Assembly: GCF_009914755.1 (NCBI RefSeq)
Contig: NC_060925.1
Direction: 5' to 3' (one strand)
Source of the DNA: the human T2T-CHM13v2.0 reference genome, Homo sapiens
Length of the DNA: 64,000 nucleotides
This document shows, one piece after another, positions 16,998 to 64,000 of this stretch. Below the pieces are notes generated by a model. It worked only from the letters and a program-made list of their open reading frames with translations. It had not been told where the DNA came from and made no database searches. A program made the translations under genes and the position numbers. Numbering within the stretch: position 1 is the stretch's first letter; each line of letters opens with the position of its first letter.

Positions 16998-17587
16998 GGA
17001 AGAAGAAAACAGTGACGATGGGGGCTTACATTTGTCAAGCACCTACCATGTGTTGTAACCACCCTGTGAGGTATGTATCCTCACTTTACAGACCGGGAAA
17101 CTGAGGCTCATAGAGGTGCAGTGACTTGCCGAAGTTTCTTTATCCAGTCATTCAGCATTCAACCTCAGCATCTACGTATTGAGCAGAGGCCCTGCGCCAA
17201 GCACTGAGGAGTCAGCGGTGACCACCTCTTGGCTTCTGTTCCCAAGGGTGACAGTGTCCTGGGGTCACACGGGCTCAAACCGAGGTCGATTTCCGAACGC
17301 TCACTTTGGAGCAGGATGCGAGCCCGGGCCACGGTTGGGTCAGGTTGCGCCGCTCGCGTGGCCGCGGGAATCCCCGACCGGCCCCTTCCCTAGGGTCCCT
17401 CCTGGCGCACCTGCCCCAGGTGAGTCTGGGGAGGCCCCGAGCGCCGCCGGAAAGCGTCGAGCGGCTTCGGTAGGTGGGGCGGGGCCGGGGCGGGGCCGGG
17501 GCCGGGGAGGGGCCAGGCCCGGCACCCGGATCCCGAGGTCCGCGCCCCGCGCCCGGCGCCGGGCGCCCGAAGCCGGGAGCCGCCGCC

Positions 17588-43417
<25,830 letters not shown>

Positions 43418-43871
43418 GGCAGCCTCACAGCCTGCCATCTGGTGCCTCCTGCCACCTGGTGCCTCTCGGCTCGGTGACAGCCAACCTGCCCCCTCCCCAC
43501 ACCAATCAGCCAGGCTGAGCCCCCACCCCTGCCCCAGCTCCAGGACCTGCCCCTGAGCCGGGCCTTCTAGTCGTAGTGCCTTCAGGGTCCGAGGAGCATC
43601 AGGCTCCTGCAGAGCCCCATCCCCCCGCCACACCCACACGGTGGAGCTGCCTCTTCCTTCCCCTCCTCCCTGTTGCCCATACTCAGCATCTCGGATGAAA
43701 GGGCTCCCTTGTCCTCAGGCTCCACGGGAGCGGGGCTGCTGGAGAGAGCGGGGAACTCCCACCACAGTGGGGCATCCGGCACTGAAGCCCTGGTGTTCCT
43801 GGTCACGTCCCCCAGGGGACCCTGCCCCCTTCCTGGACTTCGTGCCTTACTGAGTCTCTAAGACTTTTTCT

Positions 43872-43877
43872 AATAAA
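43872..43877 (+). terminator. SERINC2 polyadenylation signal AATAAA
   Basis: First AATAAA seen after the stop (~455 nt downstream), followed by a GT/T-rich downstream element (gtgcgtgtaccatgttctgtg). Confidence 0.85.
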
Positions 43878-45387
43878 CAAGCCAGTGCGTGTACCATGTT
43901 CTGTGCCCCTCACCCTCAGCACGGAGCCCCACTGCATGGGGGCCGGTGTGGGGTTTGGGAATAGAATGTTAGGGCTGAGGAGGCTGGGACATCAGGGCCA
44001 GACCAGGAGGAGCCTCAAAGGCAGACAGAATGGCCTGAGTTCTGTCTTCTGGGTCATGGAGCGCCTGAGGGGAGGGGGCCAATGAGGAAGGAGGGGCAGA
44101 CCAGGGTTTTGGGAAAGTAGGGTGTGTCTGGTGGTCAGAAAAGGAGACCCTAGAGGCAGTGGGGCCAGCAGGAGGCTGCCCGACCATCCAACCATCCGAG
44201 GGAGGGCAGTGAAAGAGAGTCACGGTGGGGAGGAGGGGGCGATGACAGGGCCAGAAGGTGGTCTTCAGGTCCCCTCTCATCAGGGCCTGCCTCAAGGTCC
44301 TGCCCACCTCTGACCTGCCTGGAATTGTTACCACCGTTGGTACCTGCCCTGACCAGTCAAGCCCCAGGCCTCGGGGTGCTGTGGGGAGGAGCATGTGCTC
44401 TTGAGTCAGCCAGGCTGGCCCAGATCCCTCCGTACCACGGCAGCCGCGGGGCTGCTGTCCGGCTCCGGATGGGTCCTTCTCTTCTCTGGGCCCTGGTTCC
44501 TCATTCATTCAATGGGAACAATGCCACCCCTCCTAGGCTGTTGTGAGGATCAGAGGAAGCAGCCCATGCAACCTGCCTGGCACAGCGAGTTCTTGAGAAA
44601 TAACATCAGCCCCCATCTCACAAGGGCAGAGAGATGTGAGGGAGACTGACAGGCTCCTGGCTAGGGCCCCAAGGCCTGGTCTTGTTACGATGATGGACTG
44701 CAGGCCATTCATCCCTTCCATTTGTGGGGATAAAAAATAGGTATGAAGGTGCTGGGGATGGGTGCTGGGGACACAGCCTGTCTCTAAGGCTCTCCTGGGT
44801 TCTGGGGTGAGTGACTAGTGGGGCTGCACGGGGACCTGTGGGGTCACCGAGGAGGCAGGACAGGCATCTGGAGGATGTGTAGGAGTCAGCTGGGCCAAGA
44901 GGAGCCACAGCACTGAGGGCAGGGGGACAACACAGGAGTCGGAGGGTGTGGGGTTCAAGGACCAGGGAGAAGCCAAGATGGCCAGGGCACAGAGAGGGGT
45001 GGGGTGGCGAGGTTAGTATGAGCTTGGAGACATGGGCCAGACCAAATCACACAGGCCCTTGAGAGTCATGGTGGGGAGACCAGACCTAATCCTGCTGGTA
45101 GTGGGGAGCCATGGAGGGTTTTAGAGCAGGGGAGAAGTGGTGAAGGTGTGGGCTGACCATGGAAAGGCCCTACATGATTTCGAGCACAGCAGGGGCATGT
45201 CATTTTAAGATTGCCATTTTAGAAAGGTTTCCCTGGATGAGATAGAGGGGAGTGCAGCAGCTGGGGGCAGGTGCCAGGGCTCAGGGCAGAGGGAGTCGGG
45301 GCCTGCTGGGGCAGGGGCCGAGGAGGGCTTCTCTTGCCGCTGGGATGGATCTTGCAGATGCTCTTGTCCCTGGTGCCTTTCAGCTGA

Positions 45388-45887
<500 letters not shown>

Positions 45888-47017
45888 TAGGTTTTAAATT
45901 ATTCATTCAACAAATGTACTGAGCATGAGTTCTTTGCTGGGCTGGGCTGGAGCGGGACTGGCTGGGAAGGGTCAGGGGCCAGGCTGAGAAGCTGGAATGC
46001 CTGGCTAGAGAGCTGCAGGTCCCCAGTGTGGAGGTCACCACCTTTGGGAAGCCACCTCTAATCCCACAGGTCGGGCTTCCCCCTGTGTCTCCTCAGCCCT
46101 GTTCTTCCTTCCAGGCATTGGCTATGCTCATGAACCTGCTGGTCGATGTCAGGCCTGACCAGCTGCCCACCCAGGACCCAGGACATCCACTTAGCCTGTC
46201 TGCTGGGTGCTCCCTTGTCTCCTGCTGCCTAGCATTGTGGTTTCCACATATCCTCCTGTCTTCCCTTCTCCTCCCTCACCCTCATCTTTCCTCCACCTCC
46301 TGTTCTCCATCACCTTCTCTTTCTCAGTCACCTCCTCTTCTCCATCATCCTCTCTGTCACTTCTCTTTCCTTTACTCTCCTTGGTCACCTCCCCTCCTTT
46401 GTCAGTAGGTGGGAGAGGCCCGTAGGATCCCACTCTTTTTGTCTGCCAGCCCCTGACACACTGGGCTTCCCTGCTGGACTGGTAATGGGGAAAACGCTGT
46501 CCTCAGCCCTGAGGGCCCATGCTGTGCCCCTGGACACTGTGCCGCAGTCCCCAGGCCTGGGCTGCTGTCACTGTAGAAATACCAGTGGCAGCCTCAGCCC
46601 TGCCTGTCCTGGCGCATCTTTGGACCCAGGCTGTGGAATGAGTATCTGGGCAGAGTGAGTGCAAAGCTTATAGATCATGTCAGGAACAGAGGCAGTGTGA
46701 TGCATGTGCCGAGCCTGCCATTCCCAACCCCCGTGCCCTTTCCTGCCTCCATCACTGAGGCTGGAAAAGCCGGGTGGTCACTTTGCAGCTTCCCTCAGAG
46801 TTAAGACGCCTTCAGCCTAATTAGATCTAAGTGGAAATGTTCATGGATATTTCCAGGAGTTCTTGCTTTCGTATTACACAGCACTGCTTCTTCCTTCTCC
46901 TCTTTGGACACAACCACAGTACCTGGGGCTGCAGCAGCTGTCTTGGGACAATGAGGCAACAAGTCTGAGGATGAGAAACCAACCTGGAGAAGATGGTGTT
47001 CAGAAAAATAGGAAGTT

Positions 47018-47967
<950 letters not shown>

Positions 47968-48304
47968 TTAAGTCGCTACATCATCTCTGCTGTCCTTGAC
48001 TCCAGATGCCTGTTATGTGAGGAGGAAAACAAACCCCAATACATGCAAGCCCCTCTTAGTTGAGTATTACGTTCCTTGCAACTGAATGTATTGCTAACTG
48101 ATATGACTTGTGAGATGGTCATTCATTTTAGTGAAAATAAAAATAACAAACAGGAGAAACCTGTCTCCATTACTCAGGGACATTGGCTGCCAATAATGTA
48201 TTATGTGTGCACAACCTCCCCATATCAATGTGTATATTTATAAACATATGTGTATTAGATATGTTTGTATAATATACATATGTATTTACCAGTAGGATAA
48301 ATTA

Positions 48305-49877
<1,573 letters not shown>

Positions 49878-50654
49878 TAAATAAAGCCCCACTTAAACAG
49901 TACAGGAGTATGAAAAGCATTTATCTACTTGACTTTTTTCAAGCAGCAGCATAGGATTCTATGGAATGAATATTCCATTGTTTATGTAACTAATCCTCAA
50001 TTGATGGGCACCTATGCTGCCTTCAGTGTTTTGTTGTTTTGTTTTGTTATTGCTACCATCTGCGGCTGTGGTGATTCTGGAAGCTTGCCAGGCTCCAGGA
50101 AGAACATGGGCTTCAGAGCCGAGATCCTCTAAGTTCTCATCTCTCAGCTTTGCCCCCCAGCTGCTAGGGACTCTCTGGGCCTCAGTTTCCCCATCTGCAG
50201 AATGGAGATTGTAGTAGCATCCACCCCATGGCATGCTGCCTGTGTCAGTGAGAGCACGTCTGTAAAGGGCCTAGCACCATGCTGGGGAGAGTGGGGGCCA
50301 AAGAAGATATAGCCCCTTCCTTTCCCCGGCTATCAGTTCTCAGGTACTAAGACAGAAGGCTAGGCTGACCGATGAGGTCACCTTAGTCTTTCCTCTCCCT
50401 CCAGGGACACCTGCCTTTTGCCCCTCTGGAGGTGGCTGTGAATGACAGATGGCAGGATGTGGGGGGAAAATGATAACAGGAGCCAATGTTTATGGAACAG
50501 TTCTATGTGCCCCTCCTTGGAGCAAGGAGCTTTAATCCCTATAGCAAACCTGCTAGTGTACAGAGAAAGGAATTCGAAACAGAAGAGGGAGATGGAGACC
50601 CTGACCCCTAGTCTAATTAGCCCATTCTGTATTCTCTGCATAGCCTTTTTTCCT

Positions 50655-50861
<207 letters not shown>

Positions 50862-51184
50862 TCTGCATGGCCTTTGTTACTGGGTGTAATTATGTATCTA
50901 TTTATATTCTCTGACTCCTCATGTGGTCGATGAGGGTGAGAATCTATCTTTGTTGTTTATAGTTTCCCAGTGCCTAGAACAGAGCCTGATAAAGAGAAGG
51001 TATTCAGCAAGCGTCGGGTTTCTTGATTGACTGGCTGACCATCTGAATGAACATTAGTTGATTCTGCAGCAGCCATGGGAAAGCCTGGGGGCAGGAGTGG
51101 TGAGTTTATAAAGGAATTGGGAGAGGAGGAGCCCTGGGCTGGGTCAAGAGGCCTGAGCTCTATTTACTGAGGTGTGCAGGGTCA

Positions 51185-51859
<675 letters not shown>

Positions 51860-52353
51860 TTAAGGGACCTGTCTGGCCCATGAAGTCATTTGTGTTTGCA
51901 AGCCCTGACGCAGGGCCAAGTACTGTGATCAGGCTGTTGAGAGTGATGAAGATGTTGTCATGGGGTCACCAAAGAGGCCTGATAACCACCCTGCTCTGAA
52001 AAGGCTCAGCCTTTCTCCATTTGACTTCTCAAGAGGTCCCAGACTAGTGACGTCTTAGCTTGTGAGTGTAGAAGGGCCCTTGGGAGAGGACAGTACCATA
52101 TGGTGGTCAGATCCTGAGTGTGGAGTCAGGCAGGCCCGGGCTCACATCCGGCTCCTCCCCTTACTTCACCTCTTTGAGCCCCAGCTTCCTTGTCTGTAAA
52201 AGGGATGATGAGCTCCTACCCCACAGACTTGCTGGAGAGACATAGAGACACACAGCACTTAAAGCACTCCGTGCAGGGTTTGGATACATTTTCTTTGACC
52301 ATGAGCTGTTCTGGACAACCCGGTCACTTTCTCATTTGTTTAACATGCCAGGG

Positions 52354-53345
<992 letters not shown>

Positions 53346-55007
53346 AGCTTAAAGTCTTTCTTGTACACAAGGTGAGCCTGGAAGAGGGACCTGACTTGTG
53401 CCCCTTGGAAGATCCTGGAGGAACCACCTGGCCTCTACCCTCTCTTACAGTCTGAAAAGTCTGGGGCTGGCGGGTTGAGGGCATAAGGTAAACAGTTCAT
53501 ACTTACTGAGCACTTGTTATGTGCCAGACAGTGGCTCAACCACTTCCATGTGTTATCTCAACTAACTCTCCCACCCACTCCCTGAAGTAGACATATTCAT
53601 GGTTCTATTTCATGTATGAGAAAACTAAGGCAAGGAGAAGTGTCACCCAAGGCACACAGCCAATAAGGTGCTGAGCCTAGGATTTGGACACAAGTCTAGG
53701 TGACACCTAAGTCCACACTCTCTGCTCTGCTACCTCCTATATTCTAAAAGCATGGGTTTGGACTCAAATATGTTGGGTTTGTTGACTGAAATTAAGGCTG
53801 TTGAGGCAGAAGTAATTTGGTAAAAGTTTGTCAGAAACCAAATGTGAAGATTGACCTGGAAGACACACCAACACAATTAGGCATCTTTCCAAGTCTGTAA
53901 CGAGTGGGATTGCTTTTATAAGAAAGTTTAGGAAAAGGGGCAGGGGGTTCCTCATTTCAGATTTGCCCTTTCTCTTTGGAGGGCACGATACAGAGGTTAC
54001 AATGATTGACAACAGGTTATATCACGTGGACGAAAATGCTCTACATGTAAGCCAGTAAACTTCATGATTCAGACACAAATCAGTGTCCTTTTCCATGTCA
54101 GTAGGTTACATATTAATCAGCACGTCAACAGTTGGAGGAAGTCACGTAAGATTTGAGGGACTTGTGATAAGATTCTTTATTCAGGGACAGGATATTGCCG
54201 TGAATCACAAGACCTTCCCCTGGTTGGAAGCCTGCCAAATGTGACCTGTAGGTTATCAGGTTCAAATTCTAGGCTCAGCTGCATCTGGGTTGGGTGGCCT
54301 CAGCCAGGTCAGGGATATTCTGAGACTCAGTTTCCTCTTTGATAGCAGTCGAGATGCCCTCTCAGGGACCTTTGCCTCCTTGTTGGCCTCTTGACTCTGA
54401 GGAGATTGTTTACCTAATGCCCCCACAAGCCTAGGGATTGCACAAGTTTGGGGAGGAATCATAACTGATGCATTCTGTCACCTTCCACTCCCTGGGGACT
54501 GGCAGAGAGCAGACATCTGTAAATGTTTGCTGTTGTTGAAGTACATTGGAACATGCCCCCGAACCACCAGGATCCAGGATCTGCTGAGCAGCCAGAGGGC
54601 GGTGGATGGAGGCCTGGCACTGTTGGGTGTCCTCAGGGCTGGGTGCCCAAAGTGGGAGGACCCACCCCCCCGCCCCACGCCGGGTGAAACCTAGGACCCT
54701 AGTCACACCTCAAGTGGAAAACATGGACCTTAATCCTGGAGAGCTGGCTGGGGTTTAAGTCAGTGCCACTGACTTGCAGTGTGGCCCTGGGCAAGGGGTA
54801 GAACTCTTCTGGCCTGGCTTTTCTCATTAGTAAAATAAGGGGTAGTTTTAGGCAATTTGACAGCTAACGTCTGTTTCCTGTCTTGGCCCAATGGCCCTTA
54901 GGAGCTCTGGTCCAGGTCCTCACAGAAGAAGAGTCTGTGGTGGTCTCTTTGAGAATGCCTCTTTCCCTCTGGTCTCAATGGCCTACTACTGGCCCAAGTG
55001 CCCTCCC

Positions 55008-55008
55008 A

Positions 55009-55043
<35 letters not shown>

Positions 55044-55110
55044 TTCACACACACATGCATGCATGCACATATGCACACACATGCACATAGCATGTGTACA
55101 CACATGGACA
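55008..55110 (+). repeat. (CA)n microsatellite with degenerate CATG/CACA tail
   Basis: Directly visible. Confidence 0.9.
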
Positions 55111-55229
55111 TGAGCATACTTGCACACAGCAATGCATTCGATGGACTGACATTCGATATCCATTCACCCCACTTTTCTGTGCCTTTGCCCCATGCTGCAG
55201 GGGGTTCTGAGTTAGAGCCAGGGTTCCCC

Positions 55230-56065
<836 letters not shown>

Positions 56066-56794
56066 GTATCTAAAATTGTGTTTGTGAATGTGTGGATGTC
56101 TCACACGGAAATCAGGCTACACCATGCCAGTGGCTGCTCAGAGAGGTGCAAGGGAGGACACTGTGACCTCCTTCACCCTGACTCTCCCCTGAGCAGAAAA
56201 CCAGAATGTCCACTAGGCAGGTCTCTTCCTGAATTGGACCACAACAACAAAATCTTAACTTGGCTTGTGCCTAGGACAGATCAGCCTGAGCCACGCCCTC
56301 ATCTTACTATACTTACAAGGCTTTTCTGTTCAGATCACCTAGGAACATCTGAATAAGATGCCTCCCCCACTGAGAGTCTTTAGAACTTTCAGTAACCAAG
56401 GCAGGACAACTCATCTACTCCCTAGTAGGATCTGAACCCTGAAGTGCAATAGTAACCACAGGCGAGTAATGGGACTTTGGACAAATTTCTCAAACAAAGG
56501 AGACTCAGTTTCCTGATCTGTAAAATGGCAATGATAGTGCCTTTTTCATTCCTTCATTCATTCATCCACTAGCGGTGCGTCACACACCTATTCTATAGCA
56601 GGCCTTGTTTACACAAGGATCAGCAGCAGATGTCACACTTGCCATTAGGGGGCTGAGATCTGGTGGAGGAGGTGGACGTAAATCCAGTAGCCACACAAAC
56701 ATGTGTACGTTGTAAATGTGTCAAGGGCCATGATAGAAAGATAGCCAATGTCACGCACTTCCGTTAGGGGTGAGCCGAGGTCCAAAGCAGGGGT

Positions 56795-57740
<946 letters not shown>

Positions 57741-58765
57741 TGGAGGATTTTAAATGAGCCTCAGATTTTCCTTCAGAAATGCTCACTCTGGATGCATTGT
57801 GGACGATGGATTGGTGGCGGAGTGGATCCAGGGGAATGTGTAGAAGAATATTGGCAAACCAAGAGGAGATGATGGTGGCCTGGATGAGGGTAGTGGTCGT
57901 GGAGGAAGAGGATGGAGGTGAAATCAACAGGGCTTGGTGATGGATTGGAAATGAGTGGAGGTAAGCTGGTGAAAGGGAATGTCAACAGTTTATCCAATGG
58001 TGTGGCTTTGGAAGGTTAAATGGTGGTGTCATACAACATGATCCACATTAGCTGGTTTAGGTAGAAAGGAGTTTATTAGGGTGTTAAATAATTAAACATG
58101 TGTTTTTGGCTCATGGCTTTGTGTATCATTTAGGATGCTTTGAACTATAGCCAACAGAAAGCCCTATTCAAACTGGTTTAAAAAAATAAAGACTTCACCA
58201 AAGGCTGAAGAAACAGACTTTGAGTTGAAGTTTCAGGAATAACTCCCAGGACTAGGTCATCAAGAAAACTGCTGTAATCAGAAAGCCACCGGCTCCAGAA
58301 TGCATCACAGCTACCACCAGGGAGCCGCCATTATCAGGAGGCTGCTACTAATGTGCCACACCATCACACCACGCCTGCCACAGTCCTTGGCAGCAGAATA
58401 AATGCGTGTTCATGTCTTAATCTTGATGTCCACTAAGCTAGGAAAACCACATCTTTACCAACTGTACGACAGAAAAACCAGATGTCTTCACAACTGTGTT
58501 GTTAGCAGAAATGGCAAAAACAACAGGAAGATGGCCTTCACCTTCCTTCCATTTTCTACATCTTGTGTGACTGAATCTGATTGGCTGAGTCTTAATTGTC
58601 AGAGTCCTGGCTGCCAGGGACCCTGGCATAGCATGCTAGAAGGAGGTGCTGACCCAATGTATCCATCACATCACATCAAACCACACAAAGTATGGTGATA
58701 TTATGTTCTTTTCTGTCTTTCTTACTGGATGGAGTGGGTTCCAGGAGGGCAGAGTTCTATTAACC

Positions 58766-59049
58766 TTCTTTTTTTTTTTTAAGACAGAGTCTCGCTGTGT
58801 CACCAGGCTGGAGTGCAGTGGCATGATCTTGGCATCTTGGCTCACTGCAACCTCAACTTCCCAGGTTGGAGCAATTCTCCTGCCTCAGCCTCCTGAGTAG
58901 CTGGGACTACAGGTGTGCACCACGGCACCTGGCTAATTTTTGTATTTTCATGTTGGCCAGGCTGGTCTCTAACTCTTGACCTCAAGTGATCTACCCACCT
59001 TGGCCTCCCAAAGTGCTGGGATTACAGGCACGAGCTACTGCATCTGGCC
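58766..59049 (-). mobile_element. Alu (AluS), small internal deletion
   Basis: Antisense dimer; TSD tctattaacctt. Confidence 0.88.
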
Positions 59050-59734
59050 TCTATTAACCTTTGAGTCTGTCTAATGACTTGGTATAGTGTAGGTGCTGAT
59101 TAAATGTTTGTTGTATGGATTGATTAAACATGTGTTTTGGCTCATGACCTTGTGTATCACTTAGGACGCTTTGAAGTATAGCCAACAGAAAGCCCAATTC
59201 AAAGTGCTTTAAAAAATAAAGAAAATTTATTGATTCGTGTGACTAAGAAGGTCAGAGGTAGGTCTGGCATCAGATGAGACTTGATTAAGCTGTTTGACAG
59301 TGTCACCAAGAGCCTGATTTCTTGTCATCTCCCTGTTCTGACATCTCTGATGTTGGCTTTATTTTTCCTCTTCTTAATTTCAAATGCAAGACTTTATGAC
59401 TAAACCTATAGACTTATAACAAACACCACATACCACATATGATTCTTCATAATAATCACTACCACTAGTTGAGTGACTTCTAAGTTTCAGACACTGTGAT
59501 AAGCTCTTTATGTGACATGTCTCATTAAATCCTCACATAATTCTGTTAAGTACGTACTATACAATTTTCTCTTTTATAGGCAAGGGAACTGAGGCTTTAA
59601 AGAATATTCATTATTACAAAATGCCAGTGTTTTATCAGGCTTCAGTTCCTCCTTACAGAGGAAGCTACCCAGGAGAGCTAATGTGTCTATTATACATGTT
59701 CATTCATTCACTCATTCATTTTTTTGACAAGTAT

Positions 59735-62732
<2,998 letters not shown>

Positions 62733-63330
62733 TGTTAGTAACAAATGCTTGTTCCTCGATGCTGCAAAGAAATGCACTTGAACATAAATTTAATTTTCTC
62801 AGCAAGGCAATTTTTACTTCTATAGAAGGGTGCGACTTGCGGATGGAGTAATGGCGAAAGCATGCCTGAACAAGGGAAGGGAAGTGGTTCCTATTCCTGA
62901 TGCAGGTAGCCCCTGCTGTTGTGTCATTCCCCTATTGGCTAGGATTGGACCGCACAGTCTAAGCTAATTCTGATGGGGTATTTTAAAGAGAGCAGGGGTA
63001 CGAGCCAGAGTGTCAGGGTGAGTAGTTTGGCAGGAAGGGCAGTTATAGAACAGGTGACTCAGGATGATTCAGGTCAGAGCAGGTGACAGGGGTGACTCAA
63101 GATGGAGCAGGTGGCCAGGGGTGACTCAGGTCAAAGCAGGTGACCAGGGGAACAGATATGAACTACTGATTAGAACTGGCAGGAAAGTTGTTTACTGAAA
63201 CTAGAGGCAAGGGGGGAGGGCAAGAGAACCAGGAAGTTAGACTTAAAAATGGAGAATAAAGAATAAGAGAGCTGAACATACTGACATACTGATTCTTTGA
63301 AAAGAAACTTGGAGTTCACTATCTTTAACA
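62733..63330 (-). mobile_element. LTR10-family 3' LTR (HERV-I/HERVIP10)
   Basis: Minus strand: polypurine tract gggggat, then TGTTAAAGATAGTGAACTCCAAGTTTCTTTTCAAAGAATCAGTATGTCAGTATGTTC..., ending in CA; internal AP-1 repeat block. Confidence 0.85.
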
Positions 63331-63339
63331 ATCCCCCAT

Positions 63340-64000
63340 CTTGAAATTTTACAGTTGTTTCTCTTCAAACTTCTTTAACATGTCTTGGCTTAGTTGTTCT
63401 GCTTGATTCTCTAAAAGAAAAAGCTTCTCTGAATAAGGTGGAGGAGAATTAAAGGAGGTTTTAGTAAGTGCTGCCTTTATGAGCCTCTGCACCAGCCTAT
63501 GGATGCATGGTATGACACAACACCTGAAAAGAATGGCTATACCTATTATGGCTGCAAGAGAAGTAAGAATTGAGGCTATGATTCCTTTCCATTTACTGAA
63601 TCATTTTTCTAGCCACCTGGTGAAGCGGTCATTTACTCCTGAGTTTTTGGCTAACTCGTTAGATAGAGCAATTAGACCTTGCAATGCCTTTGTTATACTT
63701 CCATCAGGAGCAATATTGTTTGGGATGAAGGTACAACATTGAGTTTTAATCATGATGCAAACTCCTCCTTTTTCTGCTAACATTATGTCTAAGGCTATTC
63801 TATTTTCCCAAGCCATCTGGCTAGTAGCCCCTAATTGCTCAGCTATTTCTTTAATAGCATCTCTAGTGTAGTTTATAATAAACTGCTGTTGGTTATAATA
63901 AATGTAATTTATCCAATCTACATTTTTATTAATTGTTACCCACCAAAATATTGACTTACATCCTGCAGTTATTTGATTTCAGGCTTTAAATTTATCTGGT
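63340..64000 (-). pseudogene. Decayed ERV env (TM subunit), HERV-I/HERVIP10-like; continues beyond the window
   Basis: Minus ORF 63601-63816 has the ISD-like WENRIALDIMLAEKGGVC and the CX6CC motif of gamma-type envelopes; premature stop at 63601-63603. Confidence 0.88.

Noticed and set aside
53780-54260. Probable additional LTR remnant
   Set aside because: Looks LTR-like, but I cannot assign family or boundaries with confidence.
63601-63816. Functional or co-opted ERV envelope
   Set aside because: Premature stop before the membrane anchor and only a short open fragment in the window.

Overview
Human (primate) genomic DNA containing the complete SERINC2 gene on the + strand. I reconstructed 10 coding exons with consistent GT-AG boundaries and phases (17588-43417, 1371 nt, 456 aa, with a (CAG)6 poly-Gln tract). 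There is a CpG-island promoter and two alternative coding 5' ends, one of them an exonised MIR. The dominant oddity is a ~5.36 kb G-rich 9-bp minisatellite (~596 units, no frameshifting indels) in intron 8. It is open for ~1800-1950 codons on both strands and carries G-quadruplex, hnRNP A1 (TAGGGT) and telomere-hexamer motifs depending on the unit variant. The rest is Alu/L1/MIR/DNA-transposon-rich, and the window ends in an LTR10/HERV-I (HERVIP10-like) provirus fragment inserted in an L1. Several template-switch or templated-insertion scars and a one-stranded cluster of nuclear-receptor half-sites are also visible. I see no support for a new gene system beyond these observations. Repeat boundaries and subfamily names are by-eye estimates.
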